This document shows positions 37,001 to 49,000 of a DNA stretch of 64,000 nt, piece after piece. Under the pieces are notes generated by a model. That model did not search any database. It saw nothing but the letters and a program-made list of their open reading frames with translations, and was not told the origin of the DNA. Position 1 is the stretch's first letter; each line of letters begins with the position of its first letter. The DNA is taken from the NCBI GenBank assembly GCA_044892525.1, contig CM097885.1, positions 252,464,001-252,528,000 of the forward strand, read 5' to 3'. The translations under genes and the position numbers were made by a program. This stretch comes from Schmidtea polychroa. Taxonomy: Eukaryota.

Positions 37001-40000
37001 TTGTTTGATTTCCAATTATTGGTTTATCAGTTATCGGTTCCCAATCTCCACCTTTTTTACGCTTTTCAACCTGATAGCCAACAACTTTATTTCCACCATC
37101 TTTTATTGGTTTTGACCATGACAAATCAACATAATCTTTACCAACTTTATCTATTAATGGAGTACTAGGTGCATCTGGTATAGCTGAAAGCAAAAATAAT
37201 TTCATGTAGATAAACGAAAACTGAAAAATCTATTATTCATAATGGATCCCATAAACAGTATAATCTAAGTTGATAATATGAACAATGATGATGTTGAGTG
37301 CCTACATACCACCATAGTGAAATTTCCCATAAAGATTAGATAATTTCTCTGTGGATATCAACAACAGTATGAACAATCTATAACTGTTCTAAGAGAGTAA
37401 AAGTAGCCAAGGTGATCATTAAGTCTGAATAAAATAGAAACTTCAACGCCGCTATAGAAAGAAATACATCCTTCGACCATTTAATGTACATCTTACTATT
37501 ACTACAGATAAAATAGTAACTAGAATATTTAAGGTATTAGATAATAAATAATGAATAATATTCATAGAATGTGTCCAATGCAAGAATATGACAAAGCAGA
37601 AGTATAAAAATTATTAGACTCAAATTACTCTATAACAATAATAATTCATATCTTTACAAAAGTTTATTCTATTCAATTAGTTTTCTAATCTTTAATCTTC
37701 TTTATTTTTGTTTTATTGATAATAGCTTTACACAATTTTAACAATAAATATCATTTCTAATACATAAAAATGAAAGTATGTGGAGGTTTGTATGTCCGAA
37801 TATATGAACTTCAAATTATTGGTAAAAGGTAGACAAATGTATTCAATTTTTCAAATTAAAAACGTAGAAGACCGAATGAACTTCAAATTCGTTCTGTTTA
37901 CTATACTAATGAGAAAAAAATGTCAAAATTTTTATGCAAAAAAACAACATGAAAATATTTTTTAGACGATTTAAAATGTTTATTATTTTTTTCATTTTCT
38001 TTTTTGTTTCTTTTTGTCTATCTCACTCTCTCGGTACGGTATATATGGATGGGTATAGTATGGCTGAATAAGGTGAGGTAAAGTGGAATTGTGATTTTGT
38101 GACTTTTATACAGAAATGAAGAAAATAAAAATTTTCATGAAATTATCTTTTTCTTTGTTAGTTTAACATCATTGCAGGGGGCCGTTTATAATATTATTTT
38201 ACTCTTTCAAATAGCCCCGGGTAGCGCCAAGTAGATAATAATAAATAAAAATAATAATTATAATAATAATAATAATTTTACACCATTACTTTATAAGTTA
38301 AAAATGCTAAAGGTAATCAGATGCACTTGTAAACAGTTTCTATGTATCGCCTAATTTTTTAGTCCAGAGAGTTGATTATGATTTTTCATACGCCATGTTT
38401 ACAAGTTTACAGATTTTCTGTGACCAAGCAAATAAGCAAGTGATATGATTTGCAGTGTAGCAGGGAAAGTATGCAATAAAGTTGAATCGGCAATATTGTA
38501 TACTTACCTGGCGCGAAGAGAAATCTTAGTACTGATGAGAGACAAAAGCTCGAAACTAGTCGACTATTGAAATTTGCACTGGGTATCACAAANNNNNNNN
38601 NNNNNNNNNNNNNNNNNNNNNNNNNNNNNNNNNNNNNNNNNNNNNNNNNNNNNNNNNNNNNNNNNNNNNNNNNNNNNNNNNNNNNNNNNNNNNNNNNNNN
38701 NNNNNNNNNNNNNNNNNNNNNNNNNNNNNNNNNNNNNNNNNNNNNNNNNNNNNNNNNNNNNNNNNNNNNNNNNNNNNNNNNNNNNNNNTTAATTATAATA
38801 ATGATAATAATAATTAATGTTAATAAATTAATAAATTACGAACTATATTTCGGCTTGCATTGAACAGTGTTTGTGCACTGACTTGGCTCACTTAGGCCAG
38901 CATCGTTCTTTGCCCTAACTCGAAATTGATACTTTTGGTCCTTTTTCAAATTTGGAACTAAGAAAATTTTAATTGACAACATTTTATAATTGAAATTTAC
39001 TTGTTGCGCTCGGTGTTTTAACTAATCCAATTGGAGCTTTGATCCAATCATCGCTGCCCTCTGGTTTGTATTCAACTTGATAGCCTGCGATTCGTTTACC
39101 GCCATCATTTTTCGGTTTAGTCCATTCTAAAGTGACAGCATTTTCATCAACATCAACAGGTGTCACATTAGTCGGACAATCAGGAGCAGCTAAACATTAA
39201 AAAAAATTGTTTAGGAAAATTTCTCGAGAAAATCTTTTACTAAATGGAGATTGAGCAATTATCGGCTTGTCTGTTTCCAGAGGTTCCCCAACACCGAATT
39301 CGTTTTCAGCTTTCACTCTGAAACTATACGGTTTTCCTTCATCCAACCCAAATACTTCATAATCGGTTCCTTTCACAAATCTGCTTAAAGGTTTCCATTC
39401 ACCAGTACTCGGCTCTTTCATTTCCACCACATAATTAGAAACGGGACTCCCTCCATTTTCCTAGGAATTATAATAATAATATTAATATCTTTTATAAGAT
39501 AAAAATAATTAATATTGAACTTTAGGAGGTTTCCATGATAATTTACAGCTATCTCCTGTAACTTGTGACACTTCCAATGGACCGTCAGGCTTATCTGGTT
39601 TATCGAAAACGGTTACTTTAACTGGAACACTGTCTGAGCCTTTGGGATTCTTTAATGTTATGTTGTAAAGACCTTGATCCTTTTTCTGGGGATTGAGATT
39701 TGTTATTACTACTTCATCTGGTTTAACTTCAACTATGAAATTTGGGTTTGCAGTAATCGGTTCCCCATTCTACTCATTTTATATTTATCAATGAAAATGC
39801 TTAGAAAATCAATCTTACTAATTCACAAATAACTTCAGGAGGAGGATAACCACCGGAATAGGGAATTTTGATTTGAAATTTTTCCCCGGCTATTGCTTTA
39901 ATTTGTTTAGGATTTTTGTCAAGAATTTTTGGCGGACCTTAAAAATAAATTTAATTTTCATTTTATTTTAATTTTATTTACTTTCCGGTTTTTGAACTTT

Positions 40001-43000
40001 AACCAAATCAGTTGGTTCACTTGGTTCTCCAGGACCAACTTCATTAACTGGAATAATTCGGAACTCAAATTCTTTTCCTTCAGGCAAATTTTTGACTGTA
40101 TAATCAGTACCATTTACAGGAAGTATATTGGCTCTAAATTAATTACAATAAATTTCTTTTATTTTATNNNNNNNNNNNNNNNNNNNNNNNNNNNNNNNNN
40201 NNNNNNNNNNNNNNNNNNNNNNNNNNNNNNNNNNNNNNNNNNNNNNNNNNNNNNNNNNNNNNNNNNNNNNNNNNNNNNNNNNNNNNNNNNNNNNNNNNNN
40301 NCCCAGAGGCTGGCTTTCTTTATTAACTTTAGAAATATAATCCAACACAACTGTTATCATGTCATCTGTGAAGTCATCATAATATTGTTTCAACCATTCT
40401 TTGTTTTTTGTCACTGATTGATCGTTTATTGAATTCAAAACATTGGATAATTGTTCAACACTTTTGCTAGCAAACATTTGAATTGTGTTTATCCTTTTAA
40501 GAGCTCGATTAAATAGAATATCATATTCCTTCTTTTCGGCAGTTCCATATTCTGGTTTATTATTCTTTGACATGAAACGATGAACAAAACTATTAGTGGC
40601 ATTTGACCAAAAATATATGGTTTGACTTGTAATTCTAAAGGGAGTTCCAGCATCATATATAGCACTATCTTTTGCAGCAATTATTCTGTCACCACTTGGT
40701 CTAATAGAAGTGGCATAATATTCACCAGATGATTCAATAACATTCTCCGACGATTGTATGAGATTTGCGAAATCTTGGATGATACTAGAAAATGTACAAG
40801 AGTTTTTCATTTTTAAAATTCCCCAAAAATATAACCGGTTAAAACAAATTCTTCAAACAAAACCCGAATTACCAGAATTAAAATCAATTCTACAAACTAA
40901 TTTCAAAACTATACTATATAAAAAATACAAAAAACCTACTTCTCGCGTCTGTGTGCGCACACTAACAAGAATCGGTCTAACCATACGGCGCACACAGACG
41001 CGATACAAAAACCANNNNNNNNNNNNNNNNNNNNNNNNNNNNNNNNNNNNNNNNNNNNNNNNNNNNNNNNNNNNNNNNNNNNNNNNNNNNNNNNNNNNNN
41101 NNNNNNNNNNNNNNNNNNNNNNNNNNNNNNNNNNNNNNNNNNNNNNNNNNNNNNNNNNNNNNNNNNNNNNNNNNNNNNNNNNNNNNNNNNNNNNNNNNNN
41201 NNNNNNNNNNNNNNNNNNNNNNNNNNNNNNNNNNNNNNNNNNNNNNNNTGTCCATTTTTTGTCTCCTTTTTCTCTTTTTTCAATAATATATCCTTGGACT
41301 GGTTTGCCTCCATCCTTTTTAGGTGGTTCCCACGATAGTGTAACAGAATCTTCAGTTACTCCATCAACCTTCGGAGGTTTGACAGGTCCAGGTGGGTCTA
41401 TATTATTATTTCTTTCCAAACTTCAAATTGCCAAAAATATTTACCAAATGGATTCTTCGCTTTAATCGGTGCCGTGGTCATAAGTGGTTTTCCTACCCCT
41501 AGCGCATTTTCAGCCATTACTCGGAACTCATATTCCGTACCTTCTTCTAAATTTCTGATTTTAGCCGTCGGAGAATTAATCAGATTTCCCGCTTTCTGCC
41601 ATCTAAATATTGAAATAATTTCCAAAATCCATCATCGGAATATGTAATGAAGAATAACATACACATCGGATCCTTTAGGCTTCTTTTCAACGATATAATT
41701 TGTTACTGGTTCACCTCCATTATCTTTCGGAGGTTTCCAGGACAATGTTATGGAATTCGCCTGTATTTCTGAAGCTTCCAAAGGTCCCTCGGGAGCAGCA
41801 GGAACATCTATAATTTTGAAAATTATACAAATTATTAGAAACATTTATAAATACCCAAAACTTTAACTTCGCAACTACCGATATCTTGTCCGGAATCATT
41901 TTTCAGTGTAAGACTTATTTTACCGGAATCTGATCGTTTTGCATTCGAAACTGCAAGAATCACTACATTGTCTTCTGGATTGATGGAAATATGTGTGCGC
42001 TGATCATCGGTAATCGGTTCATCGTTCTTTTTCCAATTCACAACTGGTGTTGGAAATCCTCCAGTGTATGGGACTTTTATCTGGAAATCTTGACCGGCTT
42101 TGACAGTTATATCTTTCAGTCCGGACAAATTTAATTTAGGTGCCTCTGGTTGATCCTCTGCCGTAATAACCTTTGTTGGCTTGCTAGGCTCACTGGGACC
42201 GGCATCGTTGACAGCGATAACTCTAAATTGAGCTTCTTCTCCGGGTTTCATTGGAATATCAGCAGTATTTTCACCATTTGCTGGAACTTCTTTTACTGGT
42301 TCCCATTCTCCATCTTTGTTCTTTTTCTCAATAACATATTCCTTTATTTTACTGCCACCATCATGTTTCGGTTTGTTCCATGATAGTTTTATTCCATTTT
42401 TAGAGATTTTATCAACATTTGGAGTTGCTGGAGAATCGGCTGGAACTGTAAGAACTTGCATATCAAATGAGAATAAATATTTCAAATAACAAACATATTG
42501 GATCTTTAACTGTATGGGGTTTGGTAATTTTAGAAGGCTCCCCGGGACCTGCATCATTAACAGCTTTAACTCTAAACTCATACTGTTTTCCTTCAATAAG
42601 ATTCATAACTGTTTGACTTGCCCCAGGAGCAAGTGTAGGACTCGCCTTTTGCCAGTCTCCACCAACTAATTTCTTTTCTACTTGATATCCTTAAATATTT
42701 GTATAATTACTTATAAGTGTAAATATATTTATAAACCTTTAATTGGATTACCGCCATCGGATATTGGAGGCTTCCAAGCCAATGTTACTGACATCCGATC
42801 AAACTGAGTAATTTTTAATTCTTCTGGTGAACCTGGCGCATCTGAAATTCGAAAAATGATTTAATGATTTATTGAGGTTTTGTGTTACCAAATGGATTTT
42901 TGGCCGTTATCAATTCAGTTTCTGCAGGTTTACCTGTACCCATTTTATTAACTGCGCTAATGCGAAATTTATATCGTTTGTCTTTTTCAAGATTTTTCAC

Positions 43001-46000
43001 CGCCATTGTATTATCTTTTATTATTCCAGGAATCTTTTGCCAATAAGTTGAGCCTTCTTCACACTTTTCAACAATATAATCTATGAGATTGAAGCATTTT
43101 TCACATGTTTTCTACAAGAAAATATTAATCTCACCAGTTATTTCACAAGCTCCATTATCTTTAGGTGGGTTCCATGTCAATTTACATGATTCGCTTAAAA
43201 TATCAATAACTTTTGGCTCTTCCGGTGCTCCTGGTTTGTCCATAACAATTACTTTAATTTCAGCTTCATCTGTTCCATAGGGATTAGATAGTTTGATTTT
43301 ATATACTCCACTATCATCTCGTTTAACAGAAGGAATTTCAATGCCTGTCAAATCTTCTTTATCGGTAACTTTGGCATTTTCTGGCAAAGAAATTCCGTTC
43401 TTTGTCCATACACATTCTGGTTTAGGAGCGCCCGTGATTGCAATTGGGAGATTTAGTTTTTCACCGGCTTTCAGTCGAATTTCATTATTTGGACCCAAAC
43501 CCAAACTTGTTAAATCAAATTTAGGAGCTTCTGAAACCAAAATATATGATTTTGACTCAATCCTTTTTATACGGATATGTTTATCCAAAATGTACAAAGT
43601 GATTTATAATTAATACTAAAACTAACAAAACTAAGTAATCCTAAAATAAAATTTATTGTGCAAAAATGTTATTAGTATATAAAAATATTTAAGTATGTGG
43701 GATGCTATTTTCCTTCCTGAAACAGCCCTCGACAAAGGGATTCTAGACTAAATGCAGTATTGGGCATTGTTACACAAAATAGGTTGATTAGCTTAATCTC
43801 TTTGCCTATAAAATTGAGTTTACAAATGAACAAAATATCTAATCTATTTAATACTTTGATCATTGTATGAATTCTATTCGATTCACACTAGATTTGTTCA
43901 TTGTGCTCCACCAATTATACTTGCTTCGTTCGAGGATTTTTCCTTTATACCTTGTGATTTCCAATGATGCGCGTCTGTATAAAATGCTTATAGGCAAAGG
44001 AAAAGTACGGCCTGAGAAATATTTTTATAGATTTAGAGCTAAAATATATCGACTGTATAATATCACAAGTGACTTAATCAAGTCACTAGTACCATTTCTT
44101 TTATCTGATTTGACCCAGGGGAAAATGCTAACTCAGACATCTTTAACATAATTCAAAGTGATCAGGGTTGCACATTTTCGGTTATCAACGATGAAGGCCT
44201 TGGAAAAATTAAACATATAATTCACAATCAACCAGAAACCCCTCGTCAAAAGATGGCATTCTATGTTGCGTAATAAATAAAAACTCAATTGGATAATAAA
44301 AGCAACACCTTGAACAACGTCGACTAACATCTGGCACTAACATCTTACTGAATATGTGTCTATGTAATGGTCATGTGGACCCCCCCCTCCTCCTTCATTC
44401 ATATTGTGTTGATGCCGTTTGCAGATAAAATGATTTCCAAATGTAAATAAACGAATGCATCAATGATATGATAGAAGGGGGTCGTATTGTGAATAATTAT
44501 ATTTGTATTTATCTTCTATTTCATATTTTCTAATTTTGGTAAATAAAGGTTTTTCATTAGAGTGAATTTATTTTGTTTTAAATGTTGGCTCATCCGATAC
44601 ATCTAAATGAATAATAAAGCCAATCTAATGATATAGGTGTTATGATGTCTAATAAAGGATTTAAAAACATAAAATTTATGTAAATTTTGCATCCGCATCA
44701 TTGTTAATAATATTGACTAATGTGTTGAGTAGTAAAGAAAGTAAAAATAAATAACCTTTGCTTGGTTTGGCAGTTGCAACATCACTCGGTAAGCTGGGTT
44801 TACTTGGCCCTGCTTCATTTACAGCTGTAACTCGATATTCGTATTGTTTTCCAGTTTTAACGGAATCATCTTTGAAAGTATTATCCCTTATTAAGTCTTT
44901 ATTGACTTTGACCCATCTATTGGATTTCGGTTCTTTTCTCTCGACTATATAGTGCTGAATTGGAGCACCTCCATCGCTTTTTGGAGGATTCCATTTGATT
45001 TCAACCATATTATTATCGTGATCAATAATTTCCGGTTTGCTAGGAGCATCAGGTTCATCTGAATTTTGTCATAATAGATTATTAATAAATAATCGATATT
45101 TTACCGAAAGGATTTCTAGCTTCAATTGGTTTTTCACCCTCAAGTGGTTCACTAGTTCCCAAGGGACTTTCAGCGGATACTCGAAATTTGTATTCATGAC
45201 CTGTTTCTAGTTTAGGTACAGTAAAACTTGTCCCATTTATCAAGTCGGAAACTTTTTCCCATTTGCCTTTTTTTAAATCCATTTTTTCAACAACATAGTT
45301 ACTTTAGTTAGAAAATTTGTGAAGAATAAAATTAAAATATACTATAAATAGTTACCTGATTTCAGCTCCTCCATCATCTTTAGGTTTCTCCCAGGATAAT
45401 TTTGCAGAGTTCTTCGTTACTTCGCTTATCACTAAAGGTCCTTGTGGTGCAGATGGTTTCCCAAGGACAACCAATTCCACTTCCGCTGAATCATGTCCTA
45501 CTTCATTGGTTACGGTTAACTGATATAAGCCGGTATGTTTTCGTTGAGAATTTGTAAAGTCAATTCTTGTCGACCTTTCTTTGTATGTAATCAGAATGTT
45601 TTCATTGGGTTGCACTTGCTAAAGAGATAATTAAATCGCGGAGATCAATATAAAATGAATACAATATTTTTCACAGTCCATCTTGGTTCCGGATCCGGTT
45701 CACCGACATAATTCAGTTCAATTGTTGCCGGTTGGCCTACTTTAATTTTGATTGGAGCAATTTTAGATTTATCAATTCGTGGTTTCACTAAAATTTCCGT
45801 TGAAAAAAGTTCAATTAGAATTAAAAGATTTATTTACATAATCTAGGTTTAGCAATAATCGGTCGAGTTGCTTCACTTGGTTCCGATGGACCAGCTTTAT
45901 TGATAGCAATAACTCTAAATTGATATTCCGCATTTGCCGTTAAACCTTCTACTTTAGCTTTGGTATCAGTACTCTTTACTTCTTTTACGTTATTCCAGGT

Positions 46001-49000
46001 TGGAGCATTTGTTTGTTTAGACTGCACTACATACTTTAATATTGGAGATCCATTATCGCTCCTTGGAGCAGACCATTCCATTTCGGCAAAACTAGAATCC
46101 CAATCAGTTAATTTCAAATCTGTGGGTGGATCTGGTGGATCAAACTGATCTCTTGCTAGGATTTCTTTCTCATTCATCAAGTTATCACTTTCTCCTTGAT
46201 CGTTGACAGCTCGTACTCGAAATTTATATTTATGTCCTTCAATTAGATCGATATCGCATTCTGGTTTTTCAGTTTTTTTCACTTCTTTCCATTCCCCATC
46301 TGCTGTATCCATCTTTTCGACAACGTAATGTTTTATTGGTGATCCACCATCATCTTCTGGAGGCTCCCAGAGAAGTTTACAACGATCATGTTCCAAACCG
46401 GAAATCCTAAGAGGCCCTCGAGGATTCCCTGGTCGATCTGTAATTTGCAACAGCAGCAATTGATTAATAAATTATAATAAATTGTAAACATTTGAAGCTC
46501 TACCTAAAACATTGAATTCAACAGGTACTGTGATTTCCCCGCCATTGTTTTTGAAAACTAATTCATATTTTCCTGTATCTGTTCTTTTGGCGTTTTCTAA
46601 AATCAATTCTACTTGTTTGAGATGTGGAATAGCTTTCAATTGCACTATTTCTGGAACTGCCTGACCATTTAACATCAAAGCGACTTGAGGAACGGGAAAT
46701 CCTTTAAAGATTAAAAATAAATTTTGATAAAGAGTTATATCAAATTCAAACCAGTGAATGGTAAAGCACATCGAAACATTTCCCCTTTTTTCAAGACACA
46801 ATATTTTGGTAGATTCTCAGAATTGACAGTTGGCGGTTTTTCACATTCATCGACTTGCAATTCACCTTTTGTGCTGTGAGCTCCGATTTTACACATATAT
46901 ATCGCTTCATCGTCCAGATCTAATTCCTTGAATATTAGATATAAATCTTCATCGACTTGATTCATTTCTATCATTGAACTTTGTTGAATAAGTTCTCCAT
47001 CTTTATACCACTCAACTGGGTATTTCTTCGGGTTGAAAGCCGAACAAGTTAACTCTTTTCTTTTGCCTTCTAAACCTCTGGTATTCATCAAATTTGATCG
47101 AAATTCAACATCCGCTGAATAAGAGGAAATAAAAATTATATTTTACTAACTGAAAATCTAACGTTTTACAGTTAACATAGCTGTTGTAACTGCTTTTGCA
47201 ACCTTAGCTGAATATTCTCCATGATCTTTCATTGTTATATTTTTTATTATTAAAAATCTTTTAGTTCTCGCTTCTGATCCAAATTCATACTTATCCGATG
47301 GTTTGATTTCCTTAAAGGTTTATAAATAATACTCATTTCTTTAACAAGATTGTAACTTGATCTCCTTTGAACCAATGACATTCGGCGTCACGATCTGAAG
47401 CTTCGCATTCAAATTTAACTTTTACATCTCCTTCTAAAGCCTCTTGAGGTCTTAAATTACGAATAAATGTCCAATTTGGTTCCTCTAGAGCTAGGTCACA
47501 ATACGTTTCATCTCCTTCAACAATACATCCATATTCGCCTTCCATTCCAGCTTTAGCTCGACAAACTTTAAGAATACATCGATTTTCACGTCTTTTAATT
47601 TCAAATTGACCAGGAAAATACTAGATGAAATAAAATACTTGTGTAAATGGAATTTAGTATAAAATAGGCATTTGTTAAAATTGTGGTCTTTGTACCATGT
47701 ATAAAATTGCCTTTGAAATAAAAATCACGAAATAGAAGTTTTGAAAAAGAATAAATAGCTCAAAACCTTTCACATCTACAAGGACTGATAGACAGAAACA
47801 AAAATTTCAATCAGATGAAAGCTACAAGCCTATAAGCCTTTAAAACAAATTTTGAATCATACACTAGTTTCTATATCTTCATTTCTTTTCAGACTATAGG
47901 TTAGTAATCTCAATGAGGTCGGTGGTGATCTACCAATCAAACACTAAGTGACTTTCAGTTGATCGCCATAAAAATACAATTTAATACAATTCAATTAATC
48001 TGCAGTAGCTCAATTGTGCTAGAAAATATAAAATAATACACAAACCTGAATTGATCGTGGAATAAATAATTAAATAATTTAAATATTATTGTTAGTACAA
48101 TAGTATAAAAAGCAAATTCCATTTATACCTTTTTTAAAAAAAATTTAAATATTTTATGGTAAGAATAGGAAGGAATAGCACTTGACAATTGGTCGTATTA
48201 ATTCTGCATTTCTCCGTTAAAAATTAATCAAAAATCAAATAAAAGGACTACAGATCAAGATCAGACCAATTAACCCTCTCCGTATATTTGTCGAATATAT
48301 TCGACATTAAAGCAAGATGTCACTTCCAGTTTCATAGGCCATTGCAAAAGTACATCGTTTTCACCGCGCATTATGAAAAAGAAAACAGAAATATGTGTCC
48401 CTTTTCAAGCTTTGAATCCATCGGGATGAAGCTGAAGGCACATTTTGTAACCGTTTTTGTGGGAATAGAACGGGTCACTATAAATATCAGCATTATTTTT
48501 TACACGGAGAGGGTTAATACAATTTATATATTATTTAAAATAAGCTGAAAAGTTTTCAAAATTGAACTTGATCCATTTCCCTATTTAAAGATCGGTTTTA
48601 TTTTCGTATCTTACAAAACTGTTTTTGACATAATCATGAAGGTTTTGGATTTTCAAATTCTTTTATAGTGGTAAATAATTAACATAATTAACATAATTTA
48701 GAAAAAGGAAGTTAAAAATACATTTGGCAGGAAATAGGTTAATGAGGAATAAAGCATAAATGGAAAAGGTTTACAAGTGTGATATAATTGATTAGTACCC
48801 CACTATCGTCATGAGTATATAATACATATCCTTCTCTTAGATACCACAACAGTGTCATTTTGATATAATTAAATATATTTATACACAAAATTATAAAAAT
48901 ATCAAACCTCAATCTTGTTACCATTAAGGTACCATGTAACATGAGCTCGAGGATCTGACACACTGCATTCTAGAATTATATCTTTATTTCGGACAACCTC

